A DNA stretch of 64,000 nucleotides from positions 1 to 64,000 of IMG/VR virus record IMGVR_UViG_3300021958_011541; one strand, 5' to 3'. This document shows, piece by piece, positions 42,951 through 52,260 of the stretch. The position numbers were made by a program, and so were the translations under genes. The notes under the pieces are model-generated. The model was not told where the DNA came from. It saw nothing but the letters and a program-made list of their open reading frames with translations, and ran no database searches. How positions within the stretch are numbered: position 1 is the stretch's first letter; each line of letters begins with the position of its first letter. Source of the DNA: a virus. Taxonomy: Duplodnaviria > Caudoviricetes.

Positions 42951-45395
42951 TTATTGGCAACTCTCACAAGTTTCTCCGTTTTTCATTGCTTCAATGCTGC
43001 AAGCCGTAGCTTCTTCGCTATTATGTGTAGTATCAACATTAGATTTTTCAACTTTAGATGCGGCCCTATTTCTTAAGTAATAAGTTGTTTTTAAACCTTC
43101 TTCCCAGCATGCCATATATATGTCATTTAAATATTTAAGAGATGTAGACTTATTATAAAGATTGAAACTTACTGCTTGGTCTATCCATTTTTGGCGAACT
43201 CCATTAGCTTTAATTAATTGAAACATGTCTCTGTCAAATGCCGTTTTGTATTTATTTACAATATTTTCTGGTATTACTTCTTTTAGTAAAGATAAATCTC
43301 CGTCTGCATTCTTTACCATAGTGGCAATTTCAGAGGACCAAAGACCTGCATCTTTCATATCTTTAACAAAATGAGGGTTTGTAATATAAAAGTTTCCGCT
43401 TTTATTTTCGTAAACAAATAAGACTGAAAAGTTTGGTTCAATGCTTTGTTCAACGCCATTAATGTAACCAATTGTAGCAGTTGGAGCGATTGCCATAACA
43501 TTACTATTACGCATTCCGTTTTCTGCAATGCTATTGCGAACAATGTCCCAATCTAGTGAAGTCTCTTGTTTAAATTCTTTACGCTTGTACTTCATTAAGT
43601 CTGCATAAGAGTCTATCGGCAACTTATTTTGACTCCATAAAGAACCTTCAAAGGTTTGATACTTGCCTTTTTCTTTTGCTAATTTAGAACTTGCAAGAAT
43701 AGCATGGTAAGAATAAAATTCAAACAGTTTATCATTGAATTCAATAGCTTCATCGCTATCAATATTGATATTCATTCTGTGACAAACATCATGCAGGGCC
43801 ATCATTCCTAAGCCGATAGGCCTATGTCTTAAATTACTATTTTCAGCTTCTTTAGTTGGGTAAAAGTTAATATCTACCACACTATCTAGAGCTCTAATAG
43901 CAGTATGTATTGTTGATTCTAGCTTTTCGAAATCTAAAGTATTGTCTTCTTTTAAGTGGTTTAATAAATTAACTGAACCAAGATTACAAACCGCTGTTTC
44001 TCCTACTTCAATCTTTTCTCCTTTTTTGTATTTCGATGCTTTTGTATGCAAAGTGATTTCTGTACAAAGATTCGAACTCCTGACAACTCCTTCTTGCTGA
44101 TTTGTATAACGAATGTTACATGGGTCTTTAAAAGTATTCCAAGGGTGAGAAGTTTCAAAAAGAACTTTTAACATTTTTTTCCAGAGTTCTTTGGCTGGAA
44201 TTTTTCTAAAATTTTTAATCTCTCCATATTCCGCAGCTCGACAAGCGTCTTCATACCTGTCATCAAAAGCTTTACCAAAATAATCGTGAAGAGTTTTTCC
44301 ATCTTCATAAACCATTTCGCCTGGATCAAAGAAATACCAATCCTCTTCGTTCTTAACTCTACGCATGAACTCATCTGGTATCCATGAAGCCGTATTCATA
44401 TCATGACAACGCAAGCGGTCATCACCAGTATTCCTTCTTAAGTTAAGAAAATCTTCAAAGTCTAAGTGCCAAGGCTCTAGGTAAGCACATCCAGCGCCTG
44501 GCCTCTTACCACCTTGATTTACTGCCACCAAAAGATCGTTGTATATTTTAAGCCAAGGAACAAGCCCGCTAGAGATGCCGTTAGTTCCCTGAATATGAGA
44601 GCCTGTAGAACGAAAAGGGGTAACATCAAGGCCAAGGCCACCAGCGTATTTTGATTTCCTAGCTTCTTGCCAAGCACCGTCAAAGATACCATCAATACTA
44701 TCGTCAAAAGTATTAAGATAACAGGAACTAAGTTGTGAATGTGTTGTTCCACTATTAAAAAGCGTTGGGGTTGATGAGGTGTATAAAAACTGACTAAATA
44801 GATTATAGTATTTTATTGCCCACTCTTCTTTATTTTCTTCGTTAAGTGCTAAACCCATAGATACACGCATCCAGAAACTTTGAGGAGCTTCCATAATTTT
44901 TCCATCTTGTCTAATAAAATATCTATCGGCTAAAATTTGTATGCCTAGATACTTAAAAGATTTATCTCTTCTAATTTTTAAAGCTTCTGATAATTTACCT
45001 AAATCATATTCTAGTAGTTTAGGATTAAGGAATCCTTCTTTTACTAATTTTTTAGTGTTTTGTATAAAACTTTTTCTATATTGAAGTTTAAAGGCATCTG
45101 AATCTGCGCTCTCTTTGAATACTTCTTTATATAAAGTGTTAAGTAGTAGTCCTGCTGCAGCGTAAGAATAATTCGGCTCTTTTTCTATTTTTTCTCTTGC
45201 TGAAAGTATTAAGGCTTTATCTATATCTGTTGTTTTAATCTTGTCGAACAATTGTAATTGAGCATCTAAAACTATTTCGCTGGCTGAGACATTTTCTATG
45301 TTTTCACACGCTCTTTGAGCGCATGCATTGATCTTATCAACATTAAAATCTTCAAGCCTTCCGTTCCTCTTTTTTACGTTCATGGGGGTGGTCAT
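42951..45395 (-). CDS. nrdA: Ribonucleotide reductase class I alpha subunit with ATP cone
   Basis: VKKRNG ATP cone, TPTLFNSG..SSC, SNLCTEI, RPIGLG, APTAT, TTYYLR, C-terminal CxxxxxxxxxxCESCQ. Confidence 0.97.
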   Translation of the reverse strand: MTTPMNVKKRNGRLEDFNVDKINACAQRACENIENVSASEIVLDAQLQLFDKIKTTDIDKALILSAREKIEKEPNYSYAAAGLLLNTLYKEVFKESADSDAFKLQYRKSFIQNTKKLVKEGFLNPKLLEYDLGKLSEALKIRRDKSFKYLGIQILADRYFIRQDGKIMEAPQSFWMRVSMGLALNEENKEEWAIKYYNLFSQFLYTSSTPTLFNSGTTHSQLSSCYLNTFDDSIDGIFDGAWQEARKSKYAGGLGLDVTPFRSTGSHIQGTNGISSGLVPWLKIYNDLLVAVNQGGKRPGAGCAYLEPWHLDFEDFLNLRRNTGDDRLRCHDMNTASWIPDEFMRRVKNEEDWYFFDPGEMVYEDGKTLHDYFGKAFDDRYEDACRAAEYGEIKNFRKIPAKELWKKMLKVLFETSHPWNTFKDPCNIRYTNQQEGVVRSSNLCTEITLHTKASKYKKGEKIEVGETAVCNLGSVNLLNHLKEDNTLDFEKLESTIHTAIRALDSVVDINFYPTKEAENSNLRHRPIGLGMMALHDVCHRMNINIDSDEAIEFNDKLFEFYSYHAILASSKLAKEKGKYQTFEGSLWSQNKLPIDSYADLMKYKRKEFKQETSLDWDIVRNSIAENGMRNSNVMAIAPTATIGYINGVEQSIEPNFSVLFVYENKSGNFYITNPHFVKDMKDAGLWSSEIATMVKNADGDLSLLKEVIPENIVNKYKTAFDRDMFQLIKANGVRQKWIDQAVSFNLYNKSTSLKYLNDIYMACWEEGLKTTYYLRNRAASKVEKSNVDTTHNSEEATACSIEAMKNGETCESCQ

Positions 45396-45489
45396 TTATG
45401 TTTGTACACAGACATTCTATGTTATGTTTTTTGTTATTGTATTTTGTTTAAAAAGGTATTTTAGCATTTATTTTTGTGTATATCAAGCG

Positions 45490-46494
45490 TTAATCAAGCT
45501 TGTTAATAACTTGCAATGCTGAACCTATAGCTTGGTGCATATCTATATACTTATAAGTTGCTAATCTACCGAGAAATATTACGTCTTTTTTATTTTTAGC
45601 GAGTTGTCTATATTTTTCATATAGCTCAGCGCCTTCTCCAAAATTTTTAGGATAAATCGGTTCATTTTTTCCTGGAACGTATTCTTCTGGGTAGTCTTTT
45701 GTAAGCACCGTATACTCAGGGCGTTGATCTAAGAATACAGAAGAATCAGAGGTTCTATTGAATGGTTTTTTATTGCATTCATTAATGACCCCGCCAAGAT
45801 TAAAAGAAAATTTATTATGATCTCTTTTCGTTTTTTTATGTACAAATTTTAAAGATCGATATGGTAGTTCTCCTAACTGAGAGTCAAAGTATTGAGATAT
45901 TGGAGCGGTCCAAATAGTTAAATCTGCTTTAAGTTTTTTACACGTATCTCTGTCTACCGATAGATTTACCTTAATTCCATCAAGCATAGCATTAAACATT
46001 GGGGTGTAACCATTTATAGGTATACCTTGGTACTTTGATGTAAAATACCTATCATCGTAATTATCTCTTTTATTTGGGATCCTTTTCGATATTGATTTAG
46101 GAAGTTTATTCCAAGGTATTCCCCAGTGCCTTTCTGAATACTCTTTAAAAATTAAATCTATAATTTCTTTGCTGTTTAAATCTTTACCTATTTGTTCTAT
46201 AGTTTTTTTGCTAAAAGGTATAGATATTAAGCCCTCCTTTGTATTTGCTCGCGTTTTATGAATGTAATTATTAAATTCAGAGTATCTATTTACGAATTCC
46301 CATACTTTTTTGTTGCTAGTATGAAAAATATGGCATCCGTACTCGTGAACATTGACACCTTCGACTTCATGGTCATAGCAATTTCCCCCTATATGATTTC
46401 TGGTTTCAAAAATTTCTACCTTATGACCTTTTTCTTTAAGTTTAATCGCCGCAGTAACCCCAGAAAGACCGCAGCCTACAATATTGACCCTCAT
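45490..46494 (-). CDS. glf: UDP-galactopyranose mutase
   Basis: GCGLSG, RNHIGGNCYD, HEYGCHIFHT, FLGRLATYKYIDMHQ. Confidence 0.92.
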   Translation of the reverse strand: MRVNIVGCGLSGVTAAIKLKEKGHKVEIFETRNHIGGNCYDHEVEGVNVHEYGCHIFHTSNKKVWEFVNRYSEFNNYIHKTRANTKEGLISIPFSKKTIEQIGKDLNSKEIIDLIFKEYSERHWGIPWNKLPKSISKRIPNKRDNYDDRYFTSKYQGIPINGYTPMFNAMLDGIKVNLSVDRDTCKKLKADLTIWTAPISQYFDSQLGELPYRSLKFVHKKTKRDHNKFSFNLGGVINECNKKPFNRTSDSSVFLDQRPEYTVLTKDYPEEYVPGKNEPIYPKNFGEGAELYEKYRQLAKNKKDVIFLGRLATYKYIDMHQAIGSALQVINKLD

Positions 46495-47543
46495 AAATCA
46501 AAATCATCTTTTTGATTCCAATGTGGACAACCTTCGTAATACTGTTTAATTATTTTATCTGAATCTTGTTTTAAATTTTCAAGATCTGACTTGTTCATTG
46601 AGGTTTTAATTAATTCTCCATCTTTATTTAATAATTTAAAATAGTTATAAGGAAATTTATGAGGGCAATGCCACATTTTAGTCCCATCTTTTTTGAGTTG
46701 GCCTGGTTTTTTTGCAAAACCACAAGATAAGGGGCCTCCGAAGCTTCCATCTGAAGGATAGTCTTGTGTTGCCGCCAAGTTAGATTCAGCATCTCTTTCA
46801 TTAAAGTTATCAACTACAGATTGTATTTCAGTCAAAAAATACTCAAAGCCTTTAAGCTCTGCATCTCTTATATTTGAGATATTAACAACCCCTTCTCCTT
46901 TGCCTCCTAGCATATCATCTTCAAGATTGAACTTTAAAAATAAAAATTCAGCATCTCTATTCTTGATTTTAGGGTATAATTTACTAACTGCAAGAGTATA
47001 CATTAGGGCTTGCAAATTATCTGTAACATCTTTTCCTGTAAAAACTTTTTTACTAGTTTTAAAATCTCTAATTAAGGCGAGTGACTTTTTTTTATATAAA
47101 AATAGTTTATCTATGAAACCTCTAATGGAGTATTTAACGTCTTCAGTATCTTCATGAATTAAAAAAGATTTTTCTGATATTGCTTCTGATGGTTTACTTT
47201 CTGACCCACCAAAAAAATCATATTTTAAACCATTCATTATCATATCGTTAATTAAAGCTAAATTCTCTTCGTTATCTACATTTAAACTTGAAGATAGAGT
47301 TTTTATATATCTTGATATCACTTTATTTTTCCATATATTTCCGCTTTTTATTATTGAATTGTAGTGTTTTTTGTGCCTAGGGTTGCCTAGGCACTCGAAC
47401 AATTGGTGGCATACTGTACCTCTAGAAGCTCCATCATTTGCAGTGTCTGGCAGTTTTAAATGATAAGAACACCAATATAACCAAGAGCAACTTTGTAATG
47501 TTTTTATTTTACTCGCTGAGAGCGGTGACCTATCTTCAGACAT
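46491..47543 (-). CDS. PD-(D/E)XK (RecB/Cas4-like) exonuclease
   Basis: SASKIKTLQSC, RGTVCH, RGFIDK..IRDFKT, Q..MY, C-terminal Cys cluster. Confidence 0.85.
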   Translation of the reverse strand: MSEDRSPLSASKIKTLQSCSWLYWCSYHLKLPDTANDGASRGTVCHQLFECLGNPRHKKHYNSIIKSGNIWKNKVISRYIKTLSSSLNVDNEENLALINDMIMNGLKYDFFGGSESKPSEAISEKSFLIHEDTEDVKYSIRGFIDKLFLYKKKSLALIRDFKTSKKVFTGKDVTDNLQALMYTLAVSKLYPKIKNRDAEFLFLKFNLEDDMLGGKGEGVVNISNIRDAELKGFEYFLTEIQSVVDNFNERDAESNLAATQDYPSDGSFGGPLSCGFAKKPGQLKKDGTKMWHCPHKFPYNYFKLLNKDGELIKTSMNKSDLENLKQDSDKIIKQYYEGCPHWNQKDDFDL

Positions 47544-47544
47544 A

Positions 47545-48555
47545 TTATAGTTTTTTTAAATTATTGAGCAAGGTTTTTGACAATTTTATTTTTTTTGAGT
47601 AGTCTATTATATAGCTAGACTGATCTTTGTTAAATATATTATTTAGTTTATTATTAAATGAGTCGTAATCTTCTTTATTCATGTCTCCGAAATCATTTTT
47701 AACAGGTAAACAAATATTAAGTTTAGACTGATCAAAAAACGAAAGTAACTTTAAGTAGTTTTTGATAGCTCCATTTAACCCTCTGTTTTCAGAAGAGCTA
47801 GAATCGTTATTAAAAGATATAATAATTTTTTCAGGGTTAATGGATACCAAAAACGTTAGTAAAGTAGGAGACACTTCTAAACCAAATGTAACCAAACAAT
47901 CATAATCGGAATGACTTTTTATTGAAAGCATATCTCCAACACTCTCAACTAAAAGAACTTGAGAATAATTTTCAATGTTTAGATTATAATGAGGGTAAAT
48001 CCAGTTACTCTTTCTGCCGATATGTTTCCATTTAGGTCTGGTAGAACTGTTTGACATATCTCTTCCAGCAAAACCATGAATTTGATTATATTCATTCCTA
48101 ATAGGAAATACATAGCGTTGGTACATTTGACCCTTAGTTGCTAAACCAGAATCTAATTCAATTAATAAATCTTTTGGAATACCTTTATTTTGATAAAATT
48201 TATAATGAGGTAGTAAATCTTCCAAACATAATTCATTATATAGATCTTCATATAAAACTGTTGAGTTTTCATTTTTAACTAATGGTTCATTTATGGATTC
48301 ATTTTTTAAAATAGCTTCCAACTCTTCCTTAGTTAAGTTATGACTACTCTTTTTAACTAAAGCTGAAAATGGTAAAAATTTACTATCTTCTACATAATCT
48401 TTCCAAACTCCAGAATTTTTATAAATTTGTATAGCTGTAGGGTTATCTCCGTCTCTAAATACTGCTGAAGTTTGCCAATAGTCTCCACGGTCATTCAACG
48501 AATAACCTAAAGTTTCTAATATTGACTCAAAGTCTACATCTACTTCACTACTCAT
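47545..48555 (-). CDS. dnaG: DNA primase (Toprim)
   Basis: YVFPIRN, GFAGR, KWK, LLVESVGD, ISFNND, DFGD. Confidence 0.85.
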   Translation of the reverse strand: MSSEVDVDFESILETLGYSLNDRGDYWQTSAVFRDGDNPTAIQIYKNSGVWKDYVEDSKFLPFSALVKKSSHNLTKEELEAILKNESINEPLVKNENSTVLYEDLYNELCLEDLLPHYKFYQNKGIPKDLLIELDSGLATKGQMYQRYVFPIRNEYNQIHGFAGRDMSNSSTRPKWKHIGRKSNWIYPHYNLNIENYSQVLLVESVGDMLSIKSHSDYDCLVTFGLEVSPTLLTFLVSINPEKIIISFNNDSSSSENRGLNGAIKNYLKLLSFFDQSKLNICLPVKNDFGDMNKEDYDSFNNKLNNIFNKDQSSYIIDYSKKIKLSKTLLNNLKKL

Positions 48556-50084
48556 ATATCTAAAAGTAAGTCGTCTTCGTTTGAGGTCAAGGATATGTTA
48601 TTTGAGTTTTGATAATTAACCATATCTTGAAGATCTCCTACGTCTTTGATGTCAAAGTTATTCATCTCAAGATTAATGTAATTCTTTTTCTTTCTTCCGT
48701 CTGGGAGCTCTACTTCATTTAATGCTCGCTCGGCATCTTTACCTAAAAATCTATTCTTGAAGCATATTAATTTATGAGTTCCGAAACCTTCGGGGTCTTC
48801 AGCTAGTTCATCGAGAGTTTTCTTTCGTAGAGAAAACAAATGAGAGCTGAATTGAGTTATTTGATCTGATAAAGAAACAATGCTCTCGTCGTCCACAACG
48901 TTATCAGAGTTTCTGTTATTTGTGATACCTAACCTGTTCGATTGGACGCTAGTTAACATTCCTATAACTGGACCATCTTCAAAAACGATCTCGTCCTGAA
49001 TGAAGTTTTTAAATTTTGTAACCATATCTCCAACTAATTGCCAGTGAGATAAGTTGTTTGAGTTTTGTTCAGAGGTAGTTTTAATGTAATCAAAACTAAA
49101 AATCATTTTGTTGCCTCTTCCTACTTTGGAAAAATAAAATCTGCGCATTATATTTATCATTTGATCTACTGATTGACCTGCTACATTATAATAATATAAT
49201 TTCATATTTTTAATTACTGGCCAAACCTTCCTTACCTTCTCTACTAAATCTGGATTTTGCCTCCAAGAACCTGTTTCTAGGTAATACATTGGAACTCCTG
49301 ATAAGGCTGCGCACTGACGCATCATTATTTCTTCTTCGCTCATTTCACCATTATCAAAATGCAAAACAGGGACATTATCATATTTGAGCGATACTTTTGT
49401 ACAGTAATCCAAACAAAAGGTTGTCTTTCCTACTCCAGATCTAGAAACTATAACGGTAATGTTTCCTGGCCTTAATAAAGATCCATATAAATTATTAATA
49501 CTTTCATGAGGACCCATTAACCCAAATTCTGTTTGAGGGTTATTACCTCTTTCTTCAATAATCTCCTCCATTTTATCAAAAATGTTTTCTGGAGTATGTT
49601 TTCTTCTAAAGTATAGGTCTATATTTGAGTTGTATTTAGAATCTGCTGCATCAATTATCTCATCAAAACTTGAGGCAGTACTAATTTTTTTCATGGTATT
49701 TGCAACATTTAATGCAGATCCCATGATTTCATTTCTAACAGTAAATTTTTTAAGATCTTTCGCTACATCTAATATTGAAGCTTCAGAGATTTTTCTCATG
49801 GATAAAGATTTAATAAAATCTGTAGGATTTACTTTGCTCGCAAAGCTTATATTTAAATCTTTAACTCTCTGGGCAATTAATATATCATCTACTGTATCTC
49901 CAGCTTCTATACATTGCTTTAATATTTTAAAAATAGTTTTGTTTAAGTCTTCGTCACTTGCTCTAAAATCATCTTCATTTATGAAGTTTGATATTTGAAA
50001 AAAGCTGTTTGGATATTTTAATAATCCTGCAAGAAGGTGTTGTTCTAATTCGTGTGAAAAAATCATTAAAAAGTAATATATCAA
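48552..50084 (-). CDS. dnaB: Replicative helicase DnaB; likely start 50066
   Basis: SRSGVGKT, GEMS, FDYIK, SVQSNR, KNRF. Confidence 0.9.
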   Translation of the reverse strand: MIYYFLMIFSHELEQHLLAGLLKYPNSFFQISNFINEDDFRASDEDLNKTIFKILKQCIEAGDTVDDILIAQRVKDLNISFASKVNPTDFIKSLSMRKISEASILDVAKDLKKFTVRNEIMGSALNVANTMKKISTASSFDEIIDAADSKYNSNIDLYFRRKHTPENIFDKMEEIIEERGNNPQTEFGLMGPHESINNLYGSLLRPGNITVIVSRSGVGKTTFCLDYCTKVSLKYDNVPVLHFDNGEMSEEEIMMRQCAALSGVPMYYLETGSWRQNPDLVEKVRKVWPVIKNMKLYYYNVAGQSVDQMINIMRRFYFSKVGRGNKMIFSFDYIKTTSEQNSNNLSHWQLVGDMVTKFKNFIQDEIVFEDGPVIGMLTSVQSNRLGITNNRNSDNVVDDESIVSLSDQITQFSSHLFSLRKKTLDELAEDPEGFGTHKLICFKNRFLGKDAERALNEVELPDGRKKKNYINLEMNNFDIKDVGDLQDMVNYQNSNNISLTSNEDDLLLDI

Positions 50085-50103
50085 ATATTACTTATTAAGT
50101 CAA
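50075..50103 (-). promoter_or_regulatory. Sigma70-type promoter for dnaB
   Basis: TTGACT-17 nt-TATATT; places the start at ATG 50066. Confidence 0.6.
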
Positions 50104-50109
50104 GGAATA

Positions 50110-50382
50110 TTATTGAGGGTCTAGGCCTCCAGATTCACTTTCTTCTAGTTCAATTAAATACTTTTCGAGACCTTTTCTTAAACCTAAGTCAATAATCTGG
50201 CTATCTGCCTTATGTATAACCATTACTTCTCCATTTTGTGTGACATAAGATAAACAAAATCCCCTATCTTTATTGGTAGAACCTGTAAAATCATAAAGCC
50301 TTTCTAGCATGCTCTTAGGTATTGCAAATTGTTCGATTTGTTCTGGGTCAAATTCTTCTGGATCAAATTCTTCTTTACTCAT
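50110..50382 (-). CDS. Hypothetical phage protein
   Basis: EEFDPEEFDPE start; GTGTA 18 nt upstream. Confidence 0.6.
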   Translation of the reverse strand: MSKEEFDPEEFDPEQIEQFAIPKSMLERLYDFTGSTNKDRGFCLSYVTQNGEVMVIHKADSQIIDLGLRKGLEKYLIELEESESGGLDPQ

Positions 50383-50383
50383 G

Positions 50384-50797
50384 TTATAATAATATTACAC
50401 CTTGTTTTTTAAATAGCATTTTATTTATTTTATCGTCAGGATAGATTTCAACAAGTTTTATGTCGTTTAACCTGCAAAAATTTAATTTATCTTTATCTCT
50501 TTTAAGTTGTGCTATAAAATTAGACTTGCTGTTGCCATGAAAGAAGGGAGTGTATTTTGTGTGCTGTGCTCCTTGGACTTCTACAGCAATCTTTTTAGAG
50601 GCATTAAAAAAATCCAAGCTTAATTTTGTTCCTGCAATTGGAAATTCTTCAAATACTACGTGATTAGACCAAAAAGGTTCTAGAAATTTTTTAACAGAGA
50701 ATTGAAATTCGCTTAAACTTTTGCCACCCCATGAAATTAAATATTTCTGAGGTTTTTTTACTGATCTTACTGCCCCGTGGAGAGTTTGAAATTTCAT
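50384..50797 (-). CDS. Vsr/DUF559-like PD-(D/E)XK endonuclease
   Basis: VFEEFP, LDFF, IAVEVQGAQH, RD..K..FC..N.I.L. Confidence 0.7.
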   Translation of the reverse strand: MKFQTLHGAVRSVKKPQKYLISWGGKSLSEFQFSVKKFLEPFWSNHVVFEEFPIAGTKLSLDFFNASKKIAVEVQGAQHTKYTPFFHGNSKSNFIAQLKRDKDKLNFCRLNDIKLVEIYPDDKINKMLFKKQGVILL

Positions 50798-51888
50798 TAA
50801 ATATTAGATATTAATTTATTTATAAAATCTAACAAAAATGTTTGAGTTTCTAAACTTTCCTCTATTAAATTAACTAACTTTTGCTCTCCTTGTATTTTTT
50901 CTGGCAGTTCGATTTTTTCTTTTGCAGCAGCTTCAATAATATCTTTGTCGAAATTGATCCAAGCCCCTTTTTGTTCAATCAAGCCCCAGATTCTTAACAT
51001 ATCCAATAGCTCTTTTTCTACCCATATACTTCTTCCATCTGTCATTCCGTATCTAATGGGGTATCTTACTGAAGCATTGGTTTTTTCATTAATACTTTTT
51101 CTAAATTTAATTTTACAAATATGTCCGATAGGATTGCCTTTATCTTCTATTCTTGCTGCAGATGGATTTTCCCATATAATGTCATTAGAGTAACGCTCTT
51201 CAAATTCTAGTATGTAATTAGCATAATGCTTAACCGCGTTTCCTCCTGCTTGTTTAGTCTTTGGCCCTCCTCTCGAAGCATATGGATTTGAAGAAACTTC
51301 AATCCTAACTTGAGAAGTTAAAATCATTACGTGGTTTGATTTCATTATAGGGAGAACCATTTTCTTTAAAAATACAGAAGTAATTAAAGCTCCTCCTGCA
51401 ACTTGTTCTGATTCTACGAAAGGCTTATTATAATCGTTTTCTCTACAAAGCGCGTCAACGCTATCAATTATAAAGAAAAACTTTTTATTATCTTTATTTT
51501 CTGACACCAACATTCTGATTAGTTCAAAAACTTTTTCAAATACATTACAATCAAAAACGAAAAAGCTTTCTTTATCTGTATTAATTCCAGATCTTTTTAG
51601 AGATTCTGGAGATAATCTCCCTTCACTTCTTATATATACAACCATTCCATCTTTAGGAAACATCTCTTGAAAGTTCCTAGCGAACATCATGGCGCAACTA
51701 GTTTTGCCCCCTTCGTTTATTCCTGTAAACCTATGAACTCCTGCTGGTAAGCCTCCGTCTAAAGCTAGATCTAGGTTAAGGCTTCCACTTGGGATTTTGT
51801 AATTAATTTCTTCGTGATGATTGAAGTGAAATTTTTTATTTTCTTTTGCATTAAGAAAATCTTCTATTAGTTCTTGTGTTGCTCCCAT
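50797..51888 (-). CDS. uvsX: RecA/UvsX-like recombinase
   Basis: IPSGSLNLDLALDGGLP, GINEGGKTS, IIDSVDAL, TSQVR, GGNAVKH. Confidence 0.88.
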   Translation of the reverse strand: MGATQELIEDFLNAKENKKFHFNHHEEINYKIPSGSLNLDLALDGGLPAGVHRFTGINEGGKTSCAMMFARNFQEMFPKDGMVVYIRSEGRLSPESLKRSGINTDKESFFVFDCNVFEKVFELIRMLVSENKDNKKFFFIIDSVDALCRENDYNKPFVESEQVAGGALITSVFLKKMVLPIMKSNHVMILTSQVRIEVSSNPYASRGGPKTKQAGGNAVKHYANYILEFEERYSNDIIWENPSAARIEDKGNPIGHICKIKFRKSINEKTNASVRYPIRYGMTDGRSIWVEKELLDMLRIWGLIEQKGAWINFDKDIIEAAAKEKIELPEKIQGEQKLVNLIEESLETQTFLLDFINKLISNI

Positions 51889-52217
51889 TATTTTAAAAAT
51901 TGATTAATTGTTGATGGTTGTTTTTTTATTTTTTTATCCTCTCCTATTTTTTCTTCTAGTTTAGGAGATTTTATTTCTGGTAACTTATAATTATATTCAT
52001 TGAATCTCTTTTTTAACATTTTTTTTCCATATTCAGATATAAAATAAGCTAGGCTATCATACTTATCTCTAAAGGAAAGATCTCGCCAGAATTTTTCATT
52101 GTTAAATTCAGACATAAGTCCATTAAGCATTTTCATTTCCCTTGCCCAAAAAGGTCTTTTTTGGGTTTTTGGTACTATGACTAATTTTTCTATTATATGC
52201 TTTTTATTTAACTTCAC
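51888..52217 (-). CDS. Hypothetical phage protein
   Basis: ORF directly after a promoter. Confidence 0.6.
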   Translation of the reverse strand: MKLNKKHIIEKLVIVPKTQKRPFWAREMKMLNGLMSEFNNEKFWRDLSFRDKYDSLAYFISEYGKKMLKKRFNEYNYKLPEIKSPKLEEKIGEDKKIKKQPSTINQFLK

Positions 52218-52223
52218 CGTAAT

Positions 52224-52252
52224 AGTATACGGTAATTAAAGAAAAAAGTCAA
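52224..52252 (-). promoter_or_regulatory. Sigma70-type promoter for the recombination/replication block
   Basis: TTGACT-17 nt-TATACT. Confidence 0.7.
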
Positions 52253-52260
52253 GCTGTACT

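Noticed and set aside
27869-50084. Inteins, group I introns or homing endonucleases in dnaE, nrdA, nrdB or dnaB
   Set aside because: The ORFs are continuous and of normal length, with no splice-junction, LAGLIDADG, HNH or GIY-YIG motifs seen.
50341-50375. 15-nt tandem duplication encoding EEFDP twice
   Set aside because: A single in-frame micro-duplication in a disordered N-terminus; no functional signal.
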